A stretch of 64,000 nt of DNA from the human T2T-CHM13v2.0 reference genome, Homo sapiens, in NCBI GenBank assembly GCA_009914755.4, contig CP086569.2:19488001-19552000 (forward strand), written 5' to 3'. Position 1 is the first letter of the stretch. Each line of letters begins with the position of its first letter. The notes beneath the pieces are model-generated. The model ran no database searches. It saw only the letters and a list, made by a program, of their open reading frames with translations, and had not been told where the DNA came from. The translations under genes and the position numbers were made by a program. Shown one piece after another: positions 52,194 through 64,000 of this stretch.

Positions 52194-52492
52194 GGCCGGG
52201 CGCAGTGGCTCATGCCTGTAATCCCAGCACTTTGGGAGGCCGAGGTGGGCAAATCATGAGGTCAGGAGATCGAGACCATACTGGCTAACATGGTGAAATC
52301 CTGTCTCTACTAAAAATACAAAAAATTAGCTGGGCGTGGTGGCAGGTGCCTGTAGTCCCAGCTACTCAGGAGGTTGTGGCAGGAGAATGGTGTGAACCCA
52401 GGAGGCGGGGCTTGCAGTGGGTCGAGATATCACCACTGCACTCCAGCCTGGGCAAAACAGTGAGAATCTGTTTAAAAAAAAAAAAAAAAAAA
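52194..52492 (+). mobile_element. Young Alu (AluY-like, close to consensus), inserted in copy B only
   Basis: 'ggccgggcgcagtggctcatgcctgtaatcccagcactttgggaggccgaggtgggcaaatcatgaggtcaggagatcgagaccat...' with a 19-nt pure poly(A). The orthologous site in copy A (~37400-37420, 'aaaatttttttctgaaaaaaatgg') is uninterrupted. Confidence 0.9.
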
Positions 52493-55400
52493 TTGAAAAA
52501 AAAGGCTCTTTTGTTCTCAGTCGACTGAATTATTTTTCTCCATCATTTTCTGTCTTACCACTCTTATTGCATGCCTGAAAGGTCCTAATAAGGTACCTTC
52601 TGATAGCATAAGACTCCTGGGGAAAAACAGAGTAGGTACCAAAATCCCCATATGGGGAAACACACACACACACACAGATAGCAAAACAAAACACCCATGT
52701 TTTCCTCATGAAACCCCCAAAATTGAAAGCAGATAGTTTCCTCTGAAAAGCAAAGCCTCTGTATTCTTATGTATTGTGTTATTTACCCTTTGTGGCTCTT
52801 GCTGATATCAAGTTACTTCACATTATGGGAGAGCTTTGGTGTGTAATAACTAGGTAGAAAATGCACTGTATGAAATGGCTAGTAGTAGTTATAAATTAGT
52901 GAAGCATGCTCTTGTCTGCCTAAAACATAGAGAAACATCCTGACCCCCCACTCCTCCACGAAGAAAAAGAGTACCAAGGGGGATGGGCTAATTGCCTTCA
53001 GCTGCATCTACTTACTAGACCCTAAAAATGTATGCTAATGACACTGTTTCTCCAAGGGCTACAACTTGAAACCAATAATCCAATTAAGAAACTGGCACAC
53101 AAAATAACTCTGAATCTTCTGTTTGTGTTGTTATATATGTGGTGTGTGTAATATCTATAAAAACAAGCTCTAATTAATTGTCTTAAAGAGAAGTAAGCAC
53201 TTAAATCAAATTTTTTTTTTAGTTCCTGTGAGTTTAAGAAATGTAGTCTTAAGGATTATTGGGAAAATGTAAGTGTTGTGAGAATGAAAATAGGTCATCT
53301 GAATCATACAATTTGGACACCAGGTTTGCTAAACATTCCAAGGTTTTTTTCCTGCCTGCTTTACAGGTTTGTAAAACCTTGGATACATGGAGATAGAAGC
53401 TGAAAACTCACACTTTATCTGCACTTCTGTCTGGGTGCTAGGATCCACACCTTGTATATAGTAAAGTTGCTTATTAACCAGGGTTTTCACTGAAAAAGAA
53501 AGTTGCTAAATGTCAACAGTGAACATTAAATTCAAAAAGTTACTGTATTTTTTAAATAACTTGAGTACTGAAATAAAAGCACACCAAGGAGTTCTTAAGA
53601 AACTAATCTGCCCTTTGGTAAAAGCGTTTTAAAAGGTTTGTAAATATTTCACGTCATGGTCAAATTGGTTGAGATTAAGTGAAATGATCCATAAGGTTTT
53701 ATTTAATCAAATTGGGGTTGACATTAACAAATTAATACAAGGGTAAAATTTGGCTTTGAACAGGATCTCAGAGCCAAATGACGTGTCATGTAATAATAAA
53801 AACTAATAAAAATGGTTTTTGCCTTTTGAGCCATCCTTTCGGCAAAACAAGTAATTTATAGCAATCTGGATTGCTATTTCATAAAATCGAGTGTTCCAAA
53901 CCTCTAAAATGTAACAGGCATCCTAAAAGCATAATTCAAGTTTCAAAATTGTCCTTCCTAATGCCTGGCTTTCTGAGTCGTTTAGAGGGCTTCCAAAACA
54001 TTCAGAAAAGACATATACAGACACATTTAGTCACAAGAGATTGCCAAAATGATGTCCAATTTTCTTTAAGTTATAATTTGGTGAATAATACTAATAGATT
54101 TTCCAAAATTTTGTGGCATTTCTAAGTTCTAAGGTCTGAGTATATGCTCTCAATCATAATTAAGGGAAAAGTTCTTATAAACCATGGAGACAAATAAACT
54201 TCTCTCTCAGTCATAGTTTTAACTGTAACTATCCTGGAAATTTTGTCATTTGCAGACAATGGTCTTGTTTAGGGTTCCTTCTGAAAAGAGGGTTTTTAAT
54301 CATGCTATATTAAAGACTTTAATAGGTGTTCTCAAATGCAGGTTTTTAATAGTTTTGATGACTGTAACGTTGGGATAAAGACAGAATGTACGACACTCAT
54401 AAAGGTCTGACATGTTCACAAATATCAAGCGAAAGAAGAGTTAACTAACTGCACTGCGCTCAGAAAGTTAAAGCAGCATTTTTAACTTAGTTTGGAATAT
54501 TAATGATCCTTGTTTTGATTTTCAGAGTCAAGAAAACTTACTTTGAAGTATTTGCAGCCCTTGCAAATTCAGTAAGACATTCTCCTGTCAACAAAATTTG
54601 GACCATGTTTGTTTTAAACTGTAAGTACTCTTAACTTATGGCAAGACTGTTGTCTCCATGAGTGCAATAAGAATCATTTACTTTTTTAAAGAACACAGTT
54701 GGAAAAACTGGTTAATTGACCAAGGCATTGACCGAAAGAATGTGTTTCCTTTTAAGGAATCAAGCTTGGCACTCAGAGCTGATAAAAGCCCATTAGGGAG
54801 AACTGGCCTCATACCTTGTCAAGCCAGTCCCTGCACAGTGTTCCTCACCTGTGGTCAGTAAAGAATTGCACTTTCTACAAGACCTTGGAGCTCCAAATTT
54901 ATCTGGGACCTCAAGAACAGAGGATCACCCAACTTACCAAATTACAGGCATTTGAGAATAGGAACCATGGCTAGTCTCAGCTTTAAAAGTTTTATCTCAA
55001 ATTCTTTCCAGAGCAGAGTTTCATCAAAGCTAATCCAATAGGCTGATATAAAAAATAACCATTCTAGCTGCACTTAATGCAATTATCAGTCCAAGTATAA
55101 GACTAAAGTTTATTCTACAAAAAAGACACAGGGTTCTATAATTTGCCTTTTTTTAAACAAAAAATGAGGCCTGAAGAAATTGTGCTCCAAAGCTTATCAT
55201 ACACTTGTCATTAAATCTTAGTCCACTTAATAGATTGTAAGCCTTTTGTCTACCTTTTAGACTAAGCGTGCTTAATCCTGAGAGTCAAGTGGTAATCTCC
55301 TACAGCTTGGGAGGAAAAAAAAAAAAAGGATAGGTAGTGTAAATATCTGGATCTATTTCTGGGACATTATCCTGCAAATTCTGCCAGGTAATAAAATTGA

Positions 55401-55950
55401 GTGCAATGCCCATAACTCAGAGCTTTCTTTGTTTGGGAAAATAAAAGTAAATAACTTCATAGATCCCAAAAGGGAGATTCTGTATCTTAGATAAACACCT
55501 CTACTCAAGCAGAGAAAAATCTACGGGCAATTAAAAATCAAATTAAAATTATTGACAAGCTCAGGAAAAATGCAACTTTCAGCCCCTGGTAGCTACAGTC
55601 CCTCTTTAATGAATTCCAGTATTCTTTATAAAATTGGCTAATCCCTGTAATAAGCCCTCTCTTGCTTATATGTCTTGTGCTAATATTTGAATTTTGTATA
55701 CTCAAAACTGTAACTCAATTTTTTTTTCTCCTGTCGAAGCCATCAAACCTACATAGTGCTGCAAACTGAACCACACATGGACACACTGCTCTTCTGAGGA
55801 CCCCTAGGTGAACCCCAGAAGGAACCCTCCCTGCTGTTCCCCATTTGCTGTGCCCTTTTAGCATGAAGCATCCAGAAAGAGTCATCGCCCCAAACCCTCT
55901 AACATCAGTTAAGGTGACTTCTGCAGACGGGGAGAGATGGAATGTTAAAG

Positions 55951-56555
55951 GAGTTATTAAGAAATTATTTTAAGCAGATAGAGAAGAAAAGAGGCCCTTG
56001 GAAATTTTTTCTCTTTTAAAGCAGCTCCAGAAATGTTTCTTGTTTCACAGGAAAGCCCCAGATCTTAGATCCAGAAAGCAAACTTTGATATGCAAATGCT
56101 GGCCAGAAGAAAATGGGCCCACCCAAGCGTCGCAATTCCTGCCTTCTTCTCTTTAACCTTGCCTTCACATGTCCCTGGCAGCATGGCCACCCTCATACAT
56201 CCCCACATGTGTAGAATGGTGCCCTGCATTTTCATATTGAAAGGCTAGGGTGGGAGAGCCAGGTTTTTCAGAGGCTATGTGAGTGACATGCCTGGTCAAA
56301 CCATTCCCCTGAGACTAGGCAAATCAGACATCGTCTCCTCCAGCCTTCTCCTATAACTGGTTGATTTCCCCAGCACTTGCAGTTTCCTCAGTCAGCTTTG
56401 GAGTCCCTCTCCCTTTGTCTCAGTACAAGGGAGCTTCTTCCTTCTTTATTGTCTATTATGCTCTCTTCCTTAAAACTCCACGTGTGTTCATGTCATTTTT
56501 TCCAATTCGCATGAGACAAAAGCCATGGTGTTCCTCCATTCTTCAGAGCCATATC
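55951..56555 (+). mobile_element. MaLR-type LTR, third diverged copy of the family at 33361/48110, lying outside the duplication
   Basis: 'ggagttattaagaaattattttaagcagatagagaagaaaag...aaagcagctccagaaatgtttcttg...catattgaaaggctagggtgggagagccaggtttttcagaggctatgtgagtgacatgcctggtcaaaccattcccctgag'. Confidence 0.4.
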
Positions 56556-58149
56556 ATAATCAATACTAAAGTAAAGACATTTTCATAATTTCAACGAGCC
56601 CTTAAAAATCAGGTAAAAAAAGAAAAAATGGGAAAAAAATAGATAGTTTGCAGCAAAAAACAAAATGTCAAACAAAGATGAACAAAATGTTAAACAAAGA
56701 TGAACAAAATTTTTATATGCTGAATAAACAAGAACAAAATTATAAATGCAAATTAATACAGCAGTGAAGCCATTCTTTCCCCTATAACACCACTAGATTA
56801 AAGCTTTGATAATGCTAATGTTGTCAAGGGAGTGGCTGTATGGGTACACTCATTTACTTTGGAAAGAAATTTGTCAATGCTTATATATATTCAACGTGCA
56901 GGTGCCCTTTAATGCGCTCATTCCACTTCTAGAAATTTACACAGCTGTACTTTCACAAGGTCACAAAGGGTGCACACTGCACGAAGGTTGCTTCTAATGG
57001 CCAAAAGCAAACAATGAAACACCTAACTCTCCATCAATAGGGGGTTAAATACGTTCTTTTAAAAATAATCATGAACTCCTTTCAGTGAGGGGATTACAGT
57101 TAGATTGTTCTATCACAGTCTGCATTTCCTCCTGGGATCACTTGACCTAAATTTGCAAACATTAACGTTCACTCTTGGTGATGTAAACTCTATGGGCTTT
57201 GACATTGGGTGTTTTCATTCTCTTAACAGTGTCTTCCACAGAAATGTTTTTAATTGCAATAAAGTCTAACTCATCTACTTTTTCATTTGATATGTCTCGC
57301 TTTTGGTGTTACAGCTCATCATGAAACCCAAGATCACATAGACTTTCTCCTGTTTTCATCTGGGTGTTTTATAGTTTTGCATTTCACATTTAGATCTAGA
57401 GTTCATTTCTGCGCACATGATTATCCAATTGTTCCAGCACCACTTGTTGAAAAGACTATCTTTCCTTTATTGAAATCCTTTTGCAACTTGGTAGAAAACA
57501 AGAAATCAATTGACCATATTTTTATTAATCAATTTCTGAACTTTCTAAGTCTGGCCCCATTGATGTATGTGCCTATTTGTTTGCAAAATGCAGATAAGAA
57601 TATGAGCTTCCAAAAAGCAAAAGACCAATGTCCAAATTTTCTTCCCTAATTCAAGTTCTGTGTGCATCATTTTCTCAAGTATCCTTATCTCTAAAAGCAA
57701 TTATTAGGAGTAGAAAAAATAGGTGACTAGAATCTAGGGGGAAATGTACCCTGGACATTCAACAACTTAGAAGCACCTGAGCATAGATATAGTCAGATAC
57801 GATAAGAACATAGGTTTCTGAGTCAGGGTTACAGACAACAGTTAGGTACAACATAACTTCCTACAGATTCTCTGTTGGTTAATTGGAAGCCAACAATTTT
57901 TAAAATAATTTTATTTTGCCAGGAGCTATTTTATTGTGAGCTAAAGTTCTACCCAAATTTTGTCACTGTGCTATCTGCCATGCCCGCTACTCAATGTTCT
58001 CTCACTTCTAGAAACTTTATTGGGATGCTAGGTAAAGCTGGTAAGGGCTGCTGACCAGATTTCTTTCTGAAATGGCGGCATTTAAAAAAACTGTAAAGGT
58101 AATAAAAATATTTTAAAAAATAATCTATCTATTCCAATTACATAGTCCT

Positions 58150-58161
58150 CCTTTCTTTTTC

Positions 58162-58233
<72 letters not shown>

Positions 58234-58385
58234 TCCCTTCCTTCCTTCCTTCCTTCCTTTCTTTCTCTTTCCTCTTTCTCTTTCTTCTCTTTCTTTCTTT
58301 TTCTCTTTTTCTCTTTCTTTCTTTTTTACTTTCTTTCTCCTTCCTTCCTTCCTTTCTGAATTTCATTTCTTTTCTTTGTTGTTGT
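58150..58385. repeat. Long (TTTC)n/(CTTT)n/(CCTT)n polypyrimidine microsatellite, ~235 bp
   Basis: Read directly. It abuts the T-tail side of a minus-strand Alu. Confidence 0.95.
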
Positions 58386-58669
58386 TTGGCATGGTGTCTA
58401 GCTCTGTCACCCATGCTGGATTGCAGTGCCATCATTTCAGTTCATGACACCCTTTACATTTCAGGTTCAAACAATTACCCTGCCTCAGCCTCCCAAGTAG
58501 CTGGGATTACATGCACTTGTCAACAGACCTGGCAAGTTTTTGTATTTTTAGTAAATAAAGGTTTTCATTATGTTGTCCAGGCTGATCTCAAACTCCTTAT
58601 CTTAAGTGATATACCCACTTTAGCCTTCCAAATTGCTGGGATTACTGGCAAGGACCATCATGCGTGGCC
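58385..58669 (-). mobile_element. Alu SINE (minus)
   Basis: 'tggtgtctagctctgtcacccatgctggattgcagtgccatcatttcagttca...gcctcagcctcccaagtagctgggattacatgcac...ccaaattgctgggattactggcaaggaccatcatgcgtggcc'. Confidence 0.85.
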
Positions 58670-59211
58670 CGTAGATTGTTTCTTAATATCCCTTCAAGCC
58701 AGAAATTTCCTTTGGTAGTAAGAGTTAAGCAACAGATACCAGCCATGTACCTTAGAATTATGCTACCCTGTATGGTAGTCATTATGCACATGTAGTTTAT
58801 TAAGCATAGATTAAAAATTCAGTTATTCAGTCACACTAGCGATAGTTTTAAGGAAAGAAATAAAGGGAAATTGCATTCCTAGTCTCTGACAAAACAGATT
58901 TAAAATATTTTTACTTAGCCTTCCTAAGCCTCCTGACTGTGTAATTTTACCATCAGCTTTCACTGAAGGTAATTATTGCTTGATGAAGACTTAGTAGTGC
59001 CACTTTGTAAATTGTGCCTTGTTGTGATTTCTGATCACTTTTTTTTCTTTTCCTTCTCTCTTATTTAACTTTGCATTTGTGTGTTTGATGTTTTCCTGTA
59101 GTGGTATTTGCTAAACCATTTATATTTTCTGTGTAGTCGAAGTTCATGTAAAAACGTTTGAGGCACTATGTGGTGGTTGTAAGTTGATAATAACATCACT
59201 GAAATTGATTG

Positions 59212-59770
59212 CATGTATATATATGCATGTATATAATATATATATAATATTTATATTTAATATTTGTGTGTAGATGTATATAATAATTTTATATAGTATA
59301 TATCTGTACATATATGTTATATATACCTGCATACTATATATACATTTTATATAGTATATGTGTGTATATATACCATAATATATATCATATATGTGTATGA
59401 ATAATATATAAAATATGTAATACATAATACAATAAATAGATATAGGTATGAATGTGTGTATATATGTTATATATAGTACATATTTGTTAATATAAAATAT
59501 AACATATCATATATAACATTGCATATAATATATACTGTATAACATTTAACATTTATAATATATAACATACAAAATATATATGTATTAAATATAACATACA
59601 TAATATATTTAAGCAATGAAAAGTGTATGTGTATATACCTATATATTATATAGCTTATATAATATATATTTCATATTATATATTAGATATTATATATATG
59701 CATACATAAGATATATATACACACATCTATACAGATATTTATTTATTTATTTTAAAATATGTAATTTTGT
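59212..59770. repeat. AT-rich low-complexity block (imperfect (TA)n/(TATATG)n), ~560 bp
   Basis: Read directly. The ORFs across it are Y/I-repeat artefacts. Confidence 0.85.
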
Positions 59771-60594
59771 AATATGTATTCCTTGTCAAATTAAAGCAGC
59801 CATTATTGTTTGCAATCATTTTATCTCTTCACCTTCACATTAAAGATACACATTATTAACACACCTCCATTACAGTATCAAAATGTTCTTTATTTTACTG
59901 AGCGCTTTTATCAGAGCTTTATCCTTTCTTATGTTTTCATGTACTCATTTGTGTTTTTGTCTTCCAGCATGAACTCCTCCCTTATCATGGTTTATAAGAT
60001 AGGTCTTATGGCAATAAAATTCCTCCGATTTTGCTTATTTGGTAAACTTCATCTTTCCTTTATTTTGGAGAAAACTTGTCCTGGGTGCATTACTCTTATA
60101 GGCAGGATTTTTTTCTTCATATTACTATTAATATTTAAATGTTATCTCACTCACACATTAATTGCAGTGTCTCTTCTGACAAATCTGCTAGCTGTTGACG
60201 AATGTCATGTAGGTGATTTTATTTTTTGTGATGTGTGTGTGTGTGTGTGTGTGTTTCTGCTTTCAAGACTGGCTCTTGTGTTTGTTTGTTTGTTTTTAAT
60301 TTTGAAAGCTTCACTACAAAATATTTTAGTGTCATTTTGTACAAGTCAGTCTGGTTGGAAAAGTCTGACCTTTGTATGTCTAAATACTTACATGTTTATT
60401 CCGGTTTGGAAAGCCCTCTGCTATCATTTAAAAACTGTTATTTCTACCTTTTTTTTTCTTGTTTTGTTATTCTGGTGATGAGCAACATTACTGTCTTTAT
60501 GCTGTTTCATAAGCTCTCTTTTTCTTCTTTTATACTACAGTTTTCTGCTGAGACTCTGTATTTTGAAATGACTTGTGGTTTACTTCCCAGAATG

Positions 60595-60596
<2 letters not shown>

Positions 60597-60636
<40 letters not shown>
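60597..60636. repeat. (GT)20 microsatellite
   Basis: Read directly. A shorter (TG)n lies at 60233-60254. Confidence 0.9.
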
Positions 60637-60638
<2 letters not shown>

Positions 60639-61448
60639 CAGATCAAATTTGTCATTGATGCTCTTTTTTATTTTAATATTTGTAAAATATATTTTAGCTT
60701 CTGTTTTTTGTTTGTTTGTTTTTTCATCATTATTATGCCAGGGTAGGTCTGGCATCTTTCAGTAGAGGTACCAGTCTGCAGGCCTAGCCCCTGAGAGCCT
60801 TCTCGGTGCTCTGTGGTATGCCGATGTTAGGATTTAAGGAAAGTTTGGTTATCATTTTCGTCTCCTCCAATCAGTCATTTTCTCTCTCTGCACTTTGCTA
60901 ACAGGTTATTGGAAGGATGACATGCCTAGTATAAAACTCCCATTGCTCTCCTTTTTAATAATGTCTTTTCTTACTGTGTTACCATCCGGTACTGCTATCA
61001 CCCATCTGGTTTCAGTCTTATGTATGAGCATATGTTTTCAATTGTGGGTATTTGTTCATATTGATTATTCTATCAGTGGGTGGTGATTACTGAAGTTTTG
61101 CATTTCCCATTCCTTCTCCTTGCCTCTCCTCAACCTTTTACTTCATGTTGAAATTATACATGTGTTTATCAATTTATAAATCTTGATACCGTTCTTTTCT
61201 TATGATGGTTGTAAATTTTCTAGTTCTGTAATATCTGTGCTCCTCAATATTTTGTTATGAATATAGTTTTCTGACAGAATACAGCCTGACAGCCATTATT
61301 ATTAGAGAAAGTTATGAAATGCCCAGCTGCGTAAATATTGTACAATGTGTCCCTTAGTGTGGATGGAGATTTGGTTACTGCATTAATCTTATATGTATTA
61401 TTATTATAATATGCTTGTGACCTTTTAGGCTTTATAAATTCTGTTTTT

Positions 61449-61450
<2 letters not shown>

Positions 61451-61506
<56 letters not shown>
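61451..61506. repeat. Compound (TG)n(TA)n microsatellite
   Basis: Read directly. Confidence 0.9.
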
Positions 61507-61510
<4 letters not shown>

Positions 61511-63517
61511 TTCAAGTTGTATAAATCTTAAATGCTACTCAATATGAACTTATTGGTGAGGAGTGCCTATGTTGTGCAGTTTTCCTGAAGACTAATGCAT
61601 ATTCTTATTGTCAGCCCACCTATATTGTACATGTACAGAAATTAGTTGGCAGTATACTACCTATGTATTTTTTATACCTTAAAACTTGCATGTATCAACT
61701 TTACCTTTCCCTTTTTTTGTGAGATGCAAGCATCTAGGATTTATAAAAATATATTCTCTTCCATTGTAAGAAAATTTATGTGATCAACCTAGTTCTCATT
61801 CTCACCTAGAATTTAATGGAACTAGAGACTTACAAACCTTTTTTTTCCCCATATGATTACATTGTTTTTGCTGCCAATGTGAATGCATATATTATTGAAT
61901 ATATATATTAGCTGACAATTCACATTAGTAATTTTTTTGTTCTGGAGTATAAAATGCAAACTCTGAACTGCAAGATCTGTGCTAATTTTCTTTGCTGGGT
62001 ATGAATGCATTGTGGCCTGGTTTGAAAACTCCCAAAATTTCCCTCTTTGACCATGGATGTATTTATTCCACTATGATAAAACTCTTTAGAAGTTTAGCTT
62101 GTAAGGAAATCCTTTTGAGTAAATACATTTATATATGTTGATGGGTTTTTTGGCTGTATTAATATGGGATGGCGTTTAACATTGGATAAAAATAAATTTC
62201 TGAGATATCAATTTTTTCTTGTTTGAATGTATATATATATAATGCATATATGCATACATATTTGAAAATGTATATAAAGAAAAGTAACAGCACACACACA
62301 CACAAACACAATCTCCTTTCCTTGACCATGGAAACCATGTGCTCACTATGTCAAACCAGTCTCTTTCTTGGATATGGGTGTGCATTTCACATAAAAATTT
62401 TCCAGCCTGTTTAAATTTACGTGTAAATGCAGCATGTCTACATTCTTTTTTTGTTCTTTCTTAACATTTTTATTTTCTTTTCAATACCAATATCACATGT
62501 CGTTGTTTGTTACATGGAATTATTGCGTGATAGTGGGTTATGCAGTGTGGATTTCATCACCCAGCTAGTGAGCATGGTATCCAATAGGTAGCTTTTTAGC
62601 TCACTTCATTTTTTTTATTCTGTACATTTCCATAGTGTCTGCTGTTTCCATATTTATATGAATGTGTTTCAATTCTCATCTTCTGCTTATAAATGAAAAC
62701 GTGGTATTTTTTTCTTTTCCTGTAATAAATATGGCCTCTGTCTGCATCCATGTTGCTATAAATGTAATCATTTCATTCTGTTTTATTGCTGCATAGTATT
62801 CCTTTGTGCATAGATACATTTTTTACATCCCATCTACCACTGATGAACTGAATACTAGTTTTCTTTATCCACTCCACCTAGGTTGACTCCATGTTTTTGC
62901 AAATTTGTGGAGTGCTGCATTAAAGGTTTGAAAGCATTTGTGTTTTTGTTGGGATAATGTATTTTTCATTTCTGGACATATATCAATGATAGAATTTCTG
63001 TGTGGAATGTTAGCTTCATTTTAAGTTATTTGATAAATCTTCATCATGCTTTTTTAAGTAGCTGAACTCTTCTGCATTCTCATCAGCAATGGAGAAGCAT
63101 TTTTAATTCTCTGCAGCTTCATTAGCACCTGTGTTTTGTAAAATTTTTTGACTCTTAAATAACAGGCATTCTGACTGTTGTGAGATGGAATATAATTGTG
63201 GTTTGGATTTGCATTCATGAATAAATTAATCATCTGCATTCATGAATAAATAAATCAATATTTTATCAGATATTTATTAGCCATTTTCATGTTGTTTAGA
63301 GAAAGGTCTGTTCATTAATTTAAGTACTTTTAATAGTTATTTGTTTTTTGCTTGTTGATGTGTTAGTTTCCTGTAGATGCTGAATTTTAGACTCTGTTGG
63401 TGCAGCTGGGAAATATCTTCTCTTGTTCTTAGGTTTTCTGTTTGCTCCACACTAATCTTGATGATAATTGGCTCAATTTTACAATACCTTCCTAAAAAAA
63501 ATAGAGCATTCTGTGCT

Positions 63518-63970
63518 TGTCAGGCCTCTGAGCCCAAGCCAAGCCATGCATCCCCTGTGACCTGCACGTATACGCCCAGATGGCCTGAAGTAAGTAACTG
63601 AAGAATCACAAAAGAAGTGAATATGTTCTGCCCCACCTTAACTGATGACATTCCACCACAAAAGAAGTGTAAATGGCTGGTCCTTGCCGTAACTGATGAC
63701 ATTACCTTGTGAAAGTCCTTTTCCTGGCTCATTCTGGCTCAAAAAGCACGCCCACCGAGCACCTTGCGACCCCTACTCCTGCCCGCCAGAGAACAAACCC
63801 CTTTGACTGTAATTTTCCTTTACCTACACAAATCGTATAAAACGGTCCCACCCTTATCTCCCTTGGCTGACTCTCTTTTTGGACTCAGCCCACCTGCACC
63901 CAGGCGATTAAAAGCTTTATTGCTCACACAAAGCCTGTTTGGTGGTCTCTTCACACGGATGCACATGAAA
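63518..63970 (+). mobile_element. HERV-H LTR (LTR7 family), apparently solo
   Basis: Starts 'tgtcaggcctctgagcccaagccaagccat...cccctgtgac...acgtatacgcccagatggcctgaagtaa' and ends 'cacacaaagcctgtttggtggtctcttcacacggatgcacatgaaa', matching the LTR7 consensus ends. The sequence after it, 'gtgctcattttacaaag', is not the HERV-H tRNA-His PBS. The window ends 30 bp later. Confidence 0.8.
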
Positions 63971-64000
63971 GTGCTCATTTTACAAAGATAATGGATTCGC

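Larger units (their letters stand above)
39269..54210. repeat. Tandem segmental duplication, copy B (~14.9 kb; enlarged by a 4.4-kb HERV-K provirus, 880 bp of flank that A has lost, and an AluY insertion)
   Basis: See copy A. Offsets are +9824 at the start, ~+14.8 kb after the provirus and ~+15.1 kb after the AluY. Confidence 0.9.

Noticed and set aside
58082-58435. 117-aa minus-strand ORF rich in K/E/R ('KERKKERKKERKK...')
   Set aside because: It is the translation of the (GAAA)n/(GGAA)n strand of the 235-bp polypyrimidine microsatellite, not a protein.
59810-60765. The two longest ORFs in the window (222 aa and 176 aa, plus strand)
   Set aside because: Their translations are L/F/C/V-rich low-complexity strings that run through (TG)n/(GT)n microsatellites and T-rich DNA. 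There are no start-context or domain-like features, so these are repeat artefacts.

Overview
This 64-kb window is primate (human-type) nuclear genomic DNA, not a prokaryotic locus. It is AT-rich. It contains at least 14 Alu SINEs with the canonical 'ggccgggcgcggtggctca...cctgtaatcccagcactttgggaggc' structure, several LTR retroelements and many microsatellites. The longest open frames (up to 222 aa) are low-complexity artefacts, so I see no defence system, operon or other prokaryote-style novel system here. The structure that is present: (1) a class-I (gamma-like) endogenous retrovirus, minus strand, about 7.93-16.65 kb, with a ~0.5-kb LTR pair, a recognisable MLV-type protease remnant and a tRNA-Arg-like primer-binding site; (2) a large tandem segmental duplication, copy A about 29.4-39.3 kb and copy B about 39.3-54.2 kb, roughly 85-97% identical depending on segment; (3) inside copy B, a 4.4-kb HERV-K (HML-type, betaretrovirus-like) provirus on the minus strand with about 590-bp LTRs, a 6-bp target-site duplication, and an internal deletion that joins Gag capsid in-frame to Env SU with pol missing. 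Copy A keeps only a 144-bp LTR stub at the same site; (4) lineage-specific changes after the duplication: an AluY-type insertion only in copy B, and a 240-bp local tandem duplication only in copy A; (5) a solo HERV-H LTR7 at the 3' edge; (6) MaLR-type LTR copies, a 230-bp (TTTC)n tract and a 560-bp AT-rich block; (7) one short segment (21481-21604, minus strand) that looks like a spliced coding exon. All repeat-family names come from consensus sequences recalled from memory, with no alignments run. Coordinates are within about 10 bp, and family or subfamily assignments are tentative.
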